Source: Fibrobacterales bacterium (GTDB taxonomy: Bacteria; Fibrobacterota; Fibrobacteria; Fibrobacterales; JAOPTW01). Taken from it: 64,000 nucleotides of DNA. The stretch is taken from assembly GCA_051532035.1 (NCBI GenBank), contig JAOPTW010000015.1, positions 128,001-192,000 of the forward strand, read 5' to 3'. The notes under the pieces are model-generated. The model saw only the letters and a program-made list of their open reading frames with translations, was not told the origin of the DNA and did no database searches. Positions 20,337 to 31,289 of this stretch are shown one piece after another. The position numbers and the translations under genes were made by a program. How positions within the stretch are numbered: position 1 is the first letter of the stretch; every line of letters begins with the position of its first letter.

Positions 20337-21602
20337 TTATAACTCTTCTAATTTCACTACGCTCTGTTCGCCCGTTGCAAAATCTTTTACTTCTATCTCG
20401 CCAGCACCTGCTTTTTCAGAGCCGACAAAAACCACTTTTTGAGCCCCAGAAGCATTGGCAGCATCAAGCTGTTTTTTAAATTTTTGAAATGCAAGAGGGT
20501 GGCTACAAGTGTACCCTTTTGCACGAATCTGTTGTGCAAGAGTAAAGAGTTTTATGGGTGCGTCTTCAAAGCTCACGAGATAGAAATCAATCATTCCTTT
20601 AGAGGCATCTTTTAGAAGCCCCTTCTCTTCGAGTAGGTTACCTAAAACAACATCTCCCACACCAAAACCGACACCCGTCGTTGCTTGTCCGCCAAGCATA
20701 GAGCAGAGGTCATCATAGCGTCCACCACCTGCAATAGCACGCATGGATTTCTGTTTATCGAATACTTCAAATACAACACCCGTATAATAGGCAAGGCCCC
20801 GTACCACTGTAAGATCAATTTCTAGATACTTTTTGAGACCCATTTTTTCGAACATCTCAAAAATATAAATGAGCTCATTCAAGGCAGTCTCTGCATCTTC
20901 TGATTCACAAAAACCTTTAATCTCTGTAATATTTTTGGATTGCATGAATTTGTTTAAAAATTCTATGTCAGCGTCCAAAACACCGTTCTCTTTCAGGAGA
21001 TCGTGGAATTTTTCTTCACCAATTTTTGCGCGTTTATCAAGGGCTGCATAGACTTGGTTTATATCTTTAATTTCTCGTTGTACCAGAAGAGCATTAAGCA
21101 ATTTTCTGCTTGATATCCCTATTTGAAAGTCATCATCACCCAGACCAAATGCCTGTAACAAAGAAACAATCGAAGAGAGAAGGTCTACCTCTGCATTCAG
21201 TGATTCTGTTCCAATGATATCCATATTGAGTTGATAAAACTCTCTCAGTCTCCCTTTTTGTGCGCGTTCATAGCGATAGAGACGAGGAATAGAGAACCAT
21301 TTAAAAGGTTTTTTTAGTGTATTACCTTTTTGATTAACCATACGAGCTAATGACTGGGTCATTTCGGGACGGAGTGCAATATCTCGCCCACCCTTATCTT
21401 GAAACGCATAGAGCTGTGAAATGATCTCTTCGCCTGATTTTCGGGTAAAAAGATCAAGATGTTCAAAAATGGGTCCTTCATACTCTTCATACCCATATGA
21501 ATTACAGGTCTTTTTCCAGCTATCAAAAATAAAGTTTTGTATCCGTTGATTTTCAGGATAAAAGTCTCTGGTCCCTTTCGGTAATTTTGGAATATTGCTC
21601 AT
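20337..21602 (-). CDS. hisS: Histidine--tRNA ligase
   Basis: PKGTRDF, LRPEMT, YRYERAQKGRLREFYQ, RGLAYYTG, GGGRYD. Confidence 0.97.
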   Translation of the reverse strand: MSNIPKLPKGTRDFYPENQRIQNFIFDSWKKTCNSYGYEEYEGPIFEHLDLFTRKSGEEIISQLYAFQDKGGRDIALRPEMTQSLARMVNQKGNTLKKPFKWFSIPRLYRYERAQKGRLREFYQLNMDIIGTESLNAEVDLLSSIVSLLQAFGLGDDDFQIGISSRKLLNALLVQREIKDINQVYAALDKRAKIGEEKFHDLLKENGVLDADIEFLNKFMQSKNITEIKGFCESEDAETALNELIYIFEMFEKMGLKKYLEIDLTVVRGLAYYTGVVFEVFDKQKSMRAIAGGGRYDDLCSMLGGQATTGVGFGVGDVVLGNLLEEKGLLKDASKGMIDFYLVSFEDAPIKLFTLAQQIRAKGYTCSHPLAFQKFKKQLDAANASGAQKVVFVGSEKAGAGEIEVKDFATGEQSVVKLEEL

Positions 21603-21819
21603 GACACAAAGGTTTTAAAATTTGTGTCAAAGATAACAATTTAAACCCTTTTTGGCTCACCCCTAAACAGTCCTCCTCACACCCCTACCCTATGTCATAT
21701 TAGCATGTTGTAATTAATGCCCCATTCTAAACCATATAAGCCTCTTTTTATCCCCAATTTCACTAGACAATGTATATTTTCCTTCAAAACAGTGAACTTT
21801 TAGCATAAGGGAGGAGCAA

Positions 21820-22071
21820 ATGGCTCAACTTATTAAAGATGGAAAAACTCAAGAAGTCGAAGATGGTGCAAAAATACAACAAGCGGCTGAAGAACTCGGC
21901 GTAAGCTTTGGTTGTCAAAATGGCGTATGTGGTGCTTGCGAAATCGAAGTAGTTTCTGGTTCAGAAAACCTTGAAGCAGCTACAGAAGCAGAAGAAGATT
22001 ATGGTGTATCTGGGGCAACACGGCTTGCGTGTCAGTGCCTCATCAAATCTGGGTCTGCAGAAATTTCTTAG
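21820..22071 (+). CDS. 2Fe-2S ferredoxin
   Basis: FGCQNGVCGAC..RLACQC. Strong SD AAGGGAGGAG. Confidence 0.92.
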   Translation: MAQLIKDGKTQEVEDGAKIQQAAEELGVSFGCQNGVCGACEIEVVSGSENLEAATEAEEDYGVSGATRLACQCLIKSGSAEIS

Positions 22072-22097
22072 AAAGCAGCCTTTTTGACTCATTTATG

Positions 22098-22125
22098 GAG
22101 CCTATTTTTAGGCTCTTCTTTTTTT
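22098..22125 (+). terminator. Intrinsic terminator after ferredoxin
   Basis: GAGCCTA-tttt-TAGGCTC followed by TTCTTTTTTT. Confidence 0.75.
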
Positions 22126-22241
22126 CATTTTAGTTCTTCAATTTTCTTTCATTCTTTGAATCCCCCATTTTTTAGTTGTATAATAACGATATGATCTATC
22201 ACATTGTTGTTGGATTTATTTTAAAATATTTGGATTGTTAA

Positions 22242-23435
22242 GTGATTAAAGTAACACAAGAAGAATTACAGATTGGCGATCAACTTGCAAAAAGCGTATT
22301 CCGTGATAATGGAGATATATTGCTCACTGCTGGCTACAAGATCACTGAAGCTGTTTTACGCAAACTATTAGAGGTTAATCAAACCTCCTTCTTTATTAAT
22401 GAACCCGGGACTGAAGAGGTTGAAATTGAAGAAGCCGTAACTGAACAGGTCGCCAACCAAACCAACGAAGCAATGCGTGATATTGCGGTTAAGCTTAAAA
22501 AAGTAATCAATCAGAACAAAGCAAGTGTTAAAGAAGTCAAACAGTTAATGCGAGAGACCGGTCGATTTAGAGATATTGTTGCCGTTGCTAAAATTCAAAA
22601 ATCTGCATCTAATATCATCCAAGATATAATGAGCCGTGAAGCAACAATGATTAATTTGAGTAATATACGAACCCAAAGTAATTATCATTTTCAACACGCA
22701 CTCGATGTTTCAATTGTAGCTACGATGCTCGGCAATAAATTTGGTTACAACAAGTATGAACTGGAAGAGATGGTGCAAGGGTGTCTTCTTATGGATATCG
22801 GCAACCTTGCACTCCCTGATGAGATTGTCAATACTCAAGGACGTCTCACTTTTGAACAATTTACCCTTCTTAAAGAGCACCCTACCCTTGGCTTTACCAT
22901 TCTGAAAGAGAACCCAAAAATTCCTCTCATTTCTGCTCATGTCGCTTATCAGCATCATGAACGCCAAGATGGCGGTGGATACCCTCGTCGATTGAGAGGT
23001 TCAAATGATGCCCCTATAAAAAAACAGGCAGCGGCTAAAGATGAAATTCACCGTTATGCAGAGATTGCAGCTGTTGCCGACACTTACGTAGGGCTCGACA
23101 ATCCTTTACCCGGCCAACCCCAAAAGTCACCTGAAGAGGTGATTAAGCTTCTCATTAAAATGGCTGGAACTCAACTGAACAGGTCGATTGTTGATACTCT
23201 CATAACCATGATCCCTATCTATCCTACCGGCTCTAATATTTTTGTCTCAGGTGAAGACCGTAGTAAATACAAAGGCTATACTGGTATTGTTGCAAAATCA
23301 AACCGAGTCAATCCAGAGCGCCCTATAATCATTTTACTTCGTGATAAAAACAAACGTAAAATCACACCGGTAAAACTTGAACTCAATGATCATCCAGAAA
23401 TCAGAATTCAATTTCAACAACTTGGAACAGCGTAA
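22242..23435 (+). CDS. HD-GYP domain protein with degenerate HD motif
   Basis: HALDVS, LLMDIG (normally LLHDIG), HHERQDGGGYP, AVADTY. Confidence 0.88.
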   Translation: MIKVTQEELQIGDQLAKSVFRDNGDILLTAGYKITEAVLRKLLEVNQTSFFINEPGTEEVEIEEAVTEQVANQTNEAMRDIAVKLKKVINQNKASVKEVKQLMRETGRFRDIVAVAKIQKSASNIIQDIMSREATMINLSNIRTQSNYHFQHALDVSIVATMLGNKFGYNKYELEEMVQGCLLMDIGNLALPDEIVNTQGRLTFEQFTLLKEHPTLGFTILKENPKIPLISAHVAYQHHERQDGGGYPRRLRGSNDAPIKKQAAAKDEIHRYAEIAAVADTYVGLDNPLPGQPQKSPEEVIKLLIKMAGTQLNRSIVDTLITMIPIYPTGSNIFVSGEDRSKYKGYTGIVAKSNRVNPERPIIILLRDKNKRKITPVKLELNDHPEIRIQFQQLGTA

Positions 23436-24052
23436 AGACCTTTTTCTTGAATATATGCATAGACACTGTCGGGAAGTAATCCTCTACAGTTATTGATGCG
23501 TTCTCTAATGAGAGTACTTGAAAGTTCTCCTACCGCAGTAGTCGCAACGTGAAAGAGTTCCTTATAGCCTTTTTCTTTATGGGCATGCCCGTCGGGCATT
23601 GGAGTTGTTGCGCGAGGAAACAGAATGAGTGAGAACTCTTGAAGGAGCAAATGACCGTTGTAATTATTCTCTTTGAATGTGGTACTATCCCGCCAATAGG
23701 GCACTGATGGATAAGTATCGCTCCCCACAACTAAACGAAATTCATGATCTGGATAAGCTTCTTGTAACGATTTTAAAAGAATATAAGAGCCTCGAAATTC
23801 ACCCTGAATAATTTCAAAGTTCGAGGCTTTGATACGAGAATTTCCTTCGACAGCACTTTGTACCATAGCGAGTCTATGCTTTGCATCGACTACAAGCTTT
23901 TTGTCCCATCTATCGGGTGATGGCATTAACCACACTTCATCGCAGACAGCAAAGTTAAGACACTCGTAGGCCATACGCATATGATCAGCATGGATAGGGT
24001 CAAAGGCCCCACCCAAAATCGCAACAACGGTACCCTCTTGTGCCTGACTCAT
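23414..24052 (-). CDS. nadD: Nicotinate-nucleotide adenylyltransferase
   Basis: ILGGAFDPIHADH, HRLAM, LVVGSD, LSSTLIRER, VYAYIQEKGLY. Confidence 0.9.
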   Translation of the reverse strand: MSQAQEGTVVAILGGAFDPIHADHMRMAYECLNFAVCDEVWLMPSPDRWDKKLVVDAKHRLAMVQSAVEGNSRIKASNFEIIQGEFRGSYILLKSLQEAYPDHEFRLVVGSDTYPSVPYWRDSTTFKENNYNGHLLLQEFSLILFPRATTPMPDGHAHKEKGYKELFHVATTAVGELSSTLIRERINNCRGLLPDSVYAYIQEKGLYAVPSC

Positions 24053-24835
24053 CTACCCCTCGACGGAAGCGGTCCCTTGCTCTATAATACCTTTCTTAAC
24101 GAAGCCGTACCCAAAACCGACAATGGCATAGATCACCACTTCGGCAAAAAGAAACTCAGGAAATTTCATAGAAAAGCCAGAAATATAGGTGAGTATTATA
24201 AGGATTATTTGACCGACATTGATGAATTTTGATTTTCTTGTTTTTAATTTAGGAAGGTAGAGCGGAGAGACCATCAATACCCCTGTTGCTATAAGCATCA
24301 TAGGGAAGGCGATCAAATACTCTGGACACTTCGTAAAAAATTCATATTTAAATGCGAGAATCACGAGGATAACATTGAGTGCCCCCGCAAATGTTGAAGG
24401 CATTCCCGCAAAATAATCAGGGTTACCATCTATATCTACCGCATTATACTTTGCGAGTCTCATGGCTGCACAAAGTACATAGACTGACATACTTACCCAT
24501 ACAATTATTTTATACGCCTGATACCACTCCGGAACAGTCTCTTTTAATGCAAAAGTAATGATGATTGCTGGTGCCAACCCAAAAGCAATGAGATCTGCGA
24601 GGCTATCAAATTGCGCACCAAACTCAGAGTATGCATTAAATATTTTTGCAGCAAACCCATCAAGTTTATCGAGAAGGACACTAAATACTACCATGTATGC
24701 AGCGAGCTCATAATTATTGAATTTAAAACCAGAGTCAAGAATTACCAGACCACAAGCTATTAGAATAGACCAAACTGCAATTAAGAAGCTTGAACTTGTA
24801 AAAAAATTGGGAACAACGTACCGTGCTTTATTCAT
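24053..24835 (-). CDS. pssA: CDP-alcohol phosphatidyltransferase (phosphatidylserine synthase-like)
   Basis: VPNFFT, DKLDGFAA..SEFGAQFDSLADLIAFGLAP, RLAKYN, FAGMP. Confidence 0.85.
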   Translation of the reverse strand: MNKARYVVPNFFTSSSFLIAVWSILIACGLVILDSGFKFNNYELAAYMVVFSVLLDKLDGFAAKIFNAYSEFGAQFDSLADLIAFGLAPAIIITFALKETVPEWYQAYKIIVWVSMSVYVLCAAMRLAKYNAVDIDGNPDYFAGMPSTFAGALNVILVILAFKYEFFTKCPEYLIAFPMMLIATGVLMVSPLYLPKLKTRKSKFINVGQIILIILTYISGFSMKFPEFLFAEVVIYAIVGFGYGFVKKGIIEQGTASVEG

Positions 24836-24954
24836 TATATCTCCTTTGGTTTCTGAGGAACTAATCTATTCATCGTCTAGCTAGTAAGGCCCTGGTATTA
24901 AACAAGGCCTTGTATAGAGTTGCGTCTATTACAGATTAGATCCGTCGAAACAGG

Positions 24955-27519
24955 TTACTCTTCTTCTGAAGAAGAGTCATCCGATTGTTCAACTTCTTCT
25001 GCTTCAATTGCATCTTCAGTATTAGGGGTTTCTTCAACCGCTACTTCATCAACAAGTTCAGCATCAATTGCGCCTTCACCTACACTTTCTTCAACCGAAG
25101 AAGGCAGAGAAGCAATATCCATTACTTCATCATCATCTTTGAGTCTAATAACCCGAACCCCTTGAGAGTCACGACCTATAAGACGTACAGAGTTTACTGA
25201 AAGGCGTATGACAATACCTTTTTTGGTTGTAATAATGATATCTGTATCATCTTCAACGGCAAGAATTGCAACAGCGTCGCCATTCTTATCAGTTACTTTC
25301 AAATTCTTAATACCTTTACCACCACGATTTGTCACACGATACTCACCAGGGTTTGTTCGTTTTCCAAAACCTTTCTCAGTAACGGTCAGAACATTCGTCC
25401 CCTCTCTGAGAACAACCATACCAATAACGTAATCTTCTGAATCAAGTTTCATACCACGAACACCACGAGTACCACGACCCATTGATCTAAATGCACTTGG
25501 TGGGAAACAGATTGATTTACCTTTACGAGTACCAATCAAAAGATTTGACTCATCTTGTGCAAGAAGCGCTTCAACCAACACATCACCAGTATCAAGTGCT
25601 ATTGCATGAATACCACCCTTACGAGGACGTGAGAAAAGGTTGATGTCCATCTTATTAATGGTACCATTTTTTGTTACAAGAACAATAGATTGTTTCACGT
25701 CAAAATCTTCGACTCTTACAATCTCTGCAACAGTTTCACCCTCTTGAAGACCAATCATATTTATGATCGCTTTACCTTTTGCCGTACGTGACGCCTCAGG
25801 TATATGATATACTTTTAACCAGTGTACTCGACCTAGATTAGTAAAGGCGAGTAGATAGTTATGATTATTTGCTACGAAGAGACTTTTAATGTGATCTTCA
25901 TTTTTAAGGCCTGACCCAGTAATACCTTTACCACCTCTATTTTGAGATTTGTAGGTATCAACAGGGATACGTTTGACATACCCTGTATCAGACATGGTTA
26001 TAACCATAGGATCATTAGGGATAAGATCTTCAATATCGATATCGTCTGTCGCTTCTTCGATTGAAGTGCGACGTTCATCGCCAAATTTATCGGTCAAAGC
26101 CTGTAGATCATCACCGATAATTTTCATTCTACGCTCATGATTTGAAAGGATATCTTCAAAATCTGCAATGCGAGTAAGAAGCTCATTATACTCATTTTCG
26201 ATTTTATTAATATCGAGTTTAGTGAGCTGACCAAGTCTCATGTCAACAATAGCTTTTGCTTGAATCTCACTTAAATTAAAGCGTTCAATCAATCTATTAC
26301 GCGCAGCTTCACTATTATCAGATCCACGGATAACTTTGACCACTTCATCAATATTATCTTGAGCAATACGGAGCCCTTCAAGAATATGCGCTCTATCTTT
26401 AGCTTTCTTTAATTCAAATTGAGTCTTGCGCACAAGAATATTGTGACGGTGATCAATGAAGTGAGTAATCATCTCTTTAAGATTGAGTACTTTGGGCTGT
26501 CTATCAACAAGGGCAAGATTATATATTGAGAAGGTGTCTTGCAGCTGTGTATATTTGTAAAGATTTGCCAAGACAACATCAGAAATAGCATCTTTCTTAA
26601 GCTCAATAACCATACGGATTCCATGACGATCTGACTCATCACGAAGATCACTAATGCCTTCAACCTTCTTCTCACGAACAAGACCTGCCATTTTTTCGAT
26701 TAGGTTTGACTTATTAACCTGATATGGGATTTCGGTAACAATAATGCGTTCACGTTTAGTAGCCGTCGTCTCCATATGGTGACGCGCACGTACTCGTACT
26801 TTACCACGCCCCGTTAAAAAGGCTGAACGAATTCCCGCACGGCCGTAAATAATCGCACCCGTTGGAAAGTCTGGACCAGAAACGTATTCAAGAAGATCTT
26901 CAACAGGAATGTCGCGATTTTCTATAACTTTATGGATCGCTTTTACAATTTCACGCAAGTTATGTGGGGGCATACTCGTTGCCATACCCACCGCAATACC
27001 AGTCGATCCGTTTACCAAAAGGTTTGGAAAAGCACTCGGGAGCACCGAAGGTTCTGATTCAGAATCATCATAGTTGGGAACATAGTCAACAGTGTCTTTT
27101 TCAAGATCACCAAGCATGAGCTCACCGAACTTTTGCATTCGTGCTTCTGTATACCTCATCGCCGCTGGTGAATCACCATCAATTGAGCCAAAGTTACCTT
27201 GACCATCAACAAGTGGATAGCGAAGTGAAAAGTCTTGTGCCATACGTACGAGCGTATCGTACACGGCAGTGTCACCATGGGGGTGATACTTACCAATGAC
27301 ATCACCAACAATACGCGCCGATTTCTTATAAGGTTTCCCAGGATACACACCCAAATCGTGCATACCAAAGAGCACCCGTCTGTGTACTGGCTTTAAGCCG
27401 TCACGAACATCAGGGAGTGCACGCGATACAATCACACTCATGGAGTAGCGAAGATAAGAATCCTTCATCTCATCTTCAATATGAGCCTTAGTCACACTTA
27501 GCGCTTTTTCTTCTGACAT
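24955..27519 (-). CDS. gyrA: DNA gyrase subunit A
   Basis: [29 protein letters not shown], GyrA-box QNRGGKG, acidic tail. Confidence 0.98.
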   Translation of the reverse strand: MSEEKALSVTKAHIEDEMKDSYLRYSMSVIVSRALPDVRDGLKPVHRRVLFGMHDLGVYPGKPYKKSARIVGDVIGKYHPHGDTAVYDTLVRMAQDFSLRYPLVDGQGNFGSIDGDSPAAMRYTEARMQKFGELMLGDLEKDTVDYVPNYDDSESEPSVLPSAFPNLLVNGSTGIAVGMATSMPPHNLREIVKAIHKVIENRDIPVEDLLEYVSGPDFPTGAIIYGRAGIRSAFLTGRGKVRVRARHHMETTATKRERIIVTEIPYQVNKSNLIEKMAGLVREKKVEGISDLRDESDRHGIRMVIELKKDAISDVVLANLYKYTQLQDTFSIYNLALVDRQPKVLNLKEMITHFIDHRHNILVRKTQFELKKAKDRAHILEGLRIAQDNIDEVVKVIRGSDNSEAARNRLIERFNLSEIQAKAIVDMRLGQLTKLDINKIENEYNELLTRIADFEDILSNHERRMKIIGDDLQALTDKFGDERRTSIEEATDDIDIEDLIPNDPMVITMSDTGYVKRIPVDTYKSQNRGGKGITGSGLKNEDHIKSLFVANNHNYLLAFTNLGRVHWLKVYHIPEASRTAKGKAIINMIGLQEGETVAEIVRVEDFDVKQSIVLVTKNGTINKMDINLFSRPRKGGIHAIALDTGDVLVEALLAQDESNLLIGTRKGKSICFPPSAFRSMGRGTRGVRGMKLDSEDYVIGMVVLREGTNVLTVTEKGFGKRTNPGEYRVTNRGGKGIKNLKVTDKNGDAVAILAVEDDTDIIITTKKGIVIRLSVNSVRLIGRDSQGVRVIRLKDDDEVMDIASLPSSVEESVGEGAIDAELVDEVAVEETPNTEDAIEAEEVEQSDDSSSEEE

Positions 27520-27527
27520 TAATTCTC

Positions 27528-28286
27528 CTAATGGATCTGTTGTTTAAAATTTCTTTGTAATTCTAAAAACGTTTCATCTGTCTGATTTGTTTTTATGGGG
27601 ACAACTGCGACGTAGCCGTCATGTACCAGATAGTCATCTGTCCCTTCTTTAAATTGATCTTTAGGCCGATCTCCACTAAATGAGTAGGAGTTCACTATAC
27701 CTTCTGATTCTAATGTATAATCATCATGATACATAACCATACTCATCGCACAAAACTGAGTTCCCTTCATCTCTAATCGATCAAGATCAGGAAGGTTCAC
27801 ATTCCAAAGCGCCTGAGTATTCAGCAGCGAGAAGGTGTCTGAATTGATCATATCGACCACCCATTCAATCCCTGCTGTAGTATTTTTTTCTGAGTGATGA
27901 TGTACCGATACGGCAATTGAAGGTATACCAAGAAGTATCCCTTCACGTGCACCGCCAACTGTCCCTGAATAGAAACAGGCAACACCCGTATTGTGTCCAT
28001 CATTTATGCCAGAAACTACCAAATCTGCCTTAACATTTTGCAACAATTCAAAATGAGCGAATTTAATGCAATCCGCTGGAGTACCCATAACGCTGTAACA
28101 AGGATAGGGGTAGGTGGTAAGTTTCTCAACTTCTAAATTTTTAAGGTAGGTAAAGCCGTGTCCAACGCCACTTTGCTCAGTGGCAGGCGCGATAACAATG
28201 ATGTCGTGATCAACAGAAAGTGCATCGGCAAGTGCATGAAGAGCACCACTCGACAAACCATCATCATTCGTAATTAATATGCGCAT
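27528..28286 (-). CDS. surE: 5'/3'-nucleotidase SurE
   Basis: [35 protein letters not shown]. Confidence 0.96.
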   Translation of the reverse strand: MRILITNDDGLSSGALHALADALSVDHDIIVIAPATEQSGVGHGFTYLKNLEVEKLTTYPYPCYSVMGTPADCIKFAHFELLQNVKADLVVSGINDGHNTGVACFYSGTVGGAREGILLGIPSIAVSVHHHSEKNTTAGIEWVVDMINSDTFSLLNTQALWNVNLPDLDRLEMKGTQFCAMSMVMYHDDYTLESEGIVNSYSFSGDRPKDQFKEGTDDYLVHDGYVAVVPIKTNQTDETFLELQRNFKQQIH

Positions 28287-28439
28287 GAACCTTCACATCT
28301 ATTCACCAAAAACTGGTAAAATTAGTGTTAAAATTAATACAGGAAATTTAGTAATTTCCCCTTCAATTGCCAGCGAAATATAGCCTTCAATATTTAAATA
28401 AAATTGCATTTTTCGAATAAAAAGGGGGGATTTGGCACT

Positions 28440-29276
28440 TTACAGGAGCGCCTGAGAGATGAGGTTAAAATAGCCTTCAATCAACTGATCTTTCCAGACA
28501 AATACCGGTAGTGCAGCAACAGAAATATAGGGTCCAAAAGGGAGTGGAATATCACGAGATTCACCCCGAATAACTTTGAGAATGAGAGTAACCACAAGCC
28601 CCACCCCTGAGGCCCCAACTATAGTTGCAATAGCCCCATCCAACCCTACAAAACAACCAATCATTGCGAGGAGTTTCACATCGCCAAACCCAAGGGCTTC
28701 TTTCTTGAGAATTCGAGAAATTACCCACCCAAAGAGCCAAAATCCCAATCCAACGCCAACACCACCCAGTACCGCATCAGCAAGGGTGATATAGTTTCCC
28801 ACAAAAGAGAGAACAAGCCCGAGAAGCACTCCCGGAAGTACGACACCATCAGGTATTAAATAATGCTTAATATCAACAACAACAATAGGAATGAGAGTAA
28901 GTACAAGCCAGGCACCTGCCCCCGCCTGCCACACATTCGGCACGCCCCAATACAGCAGCCCAGCAAAAAAAACAACAGCTCCAAGTACACCCGTCAGAGC
29001 TTCAACCAAAAGATAAGAAGCCCCCATTGACACCCCACAAAAGGCACACCGCCCTTGTAACAAAAGATACGAGATAAGCGGAATATTATGATACCACTTT
29101 AGAGTGGTATTGCAGTGAGGACAATGAGAGCCAGGAGTCAACAATGATTCTCCTCGAGGTACTCGATAGATGACCACCGTAAAATAAGACCCAAGAGCAA
29201 CAGAAACCAATGCAATAATCACAAGCATCAGCACCACCATCGGTTGACTTGCTGTTTCTCTAGCTAATTCGAGCAC
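28440..29276 (-). CDS. pilD: Prepilin peptidase/N-methyltransferase (A24)
   Basis: SHCPHC..WYHNIPLISY..GRCAFC, GFGDVKL, PFGPY. Confidence 0.93.
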   Translation of the reverse strand: MLELARETASQPMVVLMLVIIALVSVALGSYFTVVIYRVPRGESLLTPGSHCPHCNTTLKWYHNIPLISYLLLQGRCAFCGVSMGASYLLVEALTGVLGAVVFFAGLLYWGVPNVWQAGAGAWLVLTLIPIVVVDIKHYLIPDGVVLPGVLLGLVLSFVGNYITLADAVLGGVGVGLGFWLFGWVISRILKKEALGFGDVKLLAMIGCFVGLDGAIATIVGASGVGLVVTLILKVIRGESRDIPLPFGPYISVAALPVFVWKDQLIEGYFNLISQALL

Positions 29277-29390
29277 ACGCTTCCCTTAAATTTCTCAAAT
29301 TTCACACAGGAAACCATTCGTCTGTGAAAATCCCCACAAAGGAGATAAAGAGATCTATCTTACTTTTAAAGATAACAACTGAAGATCAAT

Positions 29391-30833
29391 TTGAACCCTG
29401 AATTACACTTTGATATTCTCAGTAAGCTTGAAAAAGCAGAGACAACCGCCACTCTCAATAGTGTTTTACAGAGCTTTTTAAAAAATCACCATACTATCGA
29501 AGAGTACCTCTTTGTGTCTGTAAAATCCGAGAGCGAACCACCGGAACTATTGGTCGCGTCGGGCAACAAAGAACTATTAACCGACACCATTCGAAACTGG
29601 CTCTACGGCATTGACAGCACTATTCAAATAGCCCGTGAGCACGACACCACCCTTATCACATTAGGAAGAGTCGGCCCAAGTAACCTTTATCTATTTTACA
29701 ATACACCTTACATGCCCGAGCAAGAAGCCTTTGATGAGATACGCTACACCGCCCGCCTCTGGTACAGCTTCTTTGACAAATTTCAAACCAGCCTCAAGCT
29801 AAAGAAAACCAGTGATCAGATCACTACTATCAAAAACATTGGCCTCGAAATTGCTCGAGACTCAGACAACCAAAACATTCTCTCTAATATTTTAAAGAGT
29901 ATTATTGCAACCGCACATGCCGAGAAAGGATTCATTATGCTCTATGATGAACAGGCCAACCTTTTAAAGCTCGATGTCGTTCACGGACTCCCCAACCCCA
30001 AAGCCGAAGAGATGATCAACAAGGGACTCCTCTCTACTGATGGCATTAAACCAGGAGAGGGCATTCAAGGCAAAGTGTTCCTCATTAAAAAAGCAATGAA
30101 AATCAGTGAGGCAAGTGAAGCCCTCAATGGTGGCCCCTCTGAAAACCAGTCGATTATCTGTGTGCCCCTCTGTATTAATGATCAAGCATTTGGCGTCGTC
30201 TATGTGACTAATAAAAAAGAGAGCGGTGACTTTGATGCCTTTGACCTGGACCTTGTAACAATTCTTGCCAACAATGTCGCATCCCTTGTGTACCAAGCAA
30301 AATTGATGAAGGCCTCCATTACCGACCCTTTAACAGGCATGTATACTCGACGGCATTTTGAGAGCAAATTAAAGCATGAAATTAAGCGTTCAGCGCGCTA
30401 CTCCAGACCGCTGTCAGTACTCGCCCTGGATATTGATCATTTTAAAAAGGTCAATGATACGTACGGGCATCAGGCAGGGGATGAAGTCTTAAAAAATGTG
30501 ACTACTATTATTAATCAAACGATTCGTATTGGGATCGACCTTGCAGCACGGTTTGGCGGAGAGGAGTTCTTTATCTTTCTTCCTGAGTCGACCCTCGAAG
30601 GGGCAATTGTTGTAGCAGAGCGGATTCGAGAGCGAGTTGAAGCACTGATCACAGAACACAACTACACCAACATACAGACTACCATCAGCCTTGGCGTTTC
30701 TCACATGCCAGAACATGCTGAGCAGTATGACCTCCTCTTGTCTCGGGCCGACGAAGCACTCTATGACAGTAAAAAAAGCTCAAGAAACTGTACAACCGTA
30801 TGGAAAAAAAGAGAGAGTTCCATCCCTGTTTAA
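29391..30833 (+). CDS. GAF-domain diguanylate cyclase
   Basis: GAF (GEGIQG..SIICVPL), TDPLTG, DIDHFKKVNDTYGHQAGD, RFGGEEF. Confidence 0.93.
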   Translation: MNPELHFDILSKLEKAETTATLNSVLQSFLKNHHTIEEYLFVSVKSESEPPELLVASGNKELLTDTIRNWLYGIDSTIQIAREHDTTLITLGRVGPSNLYLFYNTPYMPEQEAFDEIRYTARLWYSFFDKFQTSLKLKKTSDQITTIKNIGLEIARDSDNQNILSNILKSIIATAHAEKGFIMLYDEQANLLKLDVVHGLPNPKAEEMINKGLLSTDGIKPGEGIQGKVFLIKKAMKISEASEALNGGPSENQSIICVPLCINDQAFGVVYVTNKKESGDFDAFDLDLVTILANNVASLVYQAKLMKASITDPLTGMYTRRHFESKLKHEIKRSARYSRPLSVLALDIDHFKKVNDTYGHQAGDEVLKNVTTIINQTIRIGIDLAARFGGEEFFIFLPESTLEGAIVVAERIRERVEALITEHNYTNIQTTISLGVSHMPEHAEQYDLLLSRADEALYDSKKSSRNCTTVWKKRESSIPV

Positions 30834-30932
30834 AGCCCATAGAGTGATTATTTATGTAAAATAGTCTCTCTTATGGCCTTTACTTACCTTTCGACCTTTA
30901 GCCTTACCCATCCAAAAGCTATCTTTACCCCT

Positions 30933-31289
30933 ATGAGAATAGCAAAATCATTTACCTTCGACGCCGCACATTTTTTACCTAACGTCCCTGATGGGCACAA
31001 GTGTAAAAACCTCCATGGACACACTTACAAAGTTGAGATAGAACTTGATGGTCCCGTAGACCCTGTAACGGGATTTGTTATGGATTTTGGCGACCTTAAA
31101 GCGGTGGTAAAGCCACTGGTTGACCTTTTGGATCACCGATTTTTAAATGACATTGCAGGACTTGAAAATTCAACTGCTGAAAATCTCAGCATCTGGCTTT
31201 GGAACAAGCTCGAAGGCGACCTTCCTCTGCTGTATTGTATCTCTATTTGGGAAACACCGACATCATGCTGTCGGTATTTGGGAGTCTAG
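30933..31289 (+). CDS. queD: 6-carboxytetrahydropterin synthase
   Basis: FTFDAAH, CKNLHGHTY, LDHRFLN, TAEN, WETPT. ATG at 30933. Confidence 0.95.
   Translation: MRIAKSFTFDAAHFLPNVPDGHKCKNLHGHTYKVEIELDGPVDPVTGFVMDFGDLKAVVKPLVDLLDHRFLNDIAGLENSTAENLSIWLWNKLEGDLPLLYCISIWETPTSCCRYLGV

Noticed and set aside
24955..27519. gyrA without adjacent gyrB, possibly parC
   Set aside because: The GyrA-box and acidic tail are present, and separated gyrA/gyrB genes are common.
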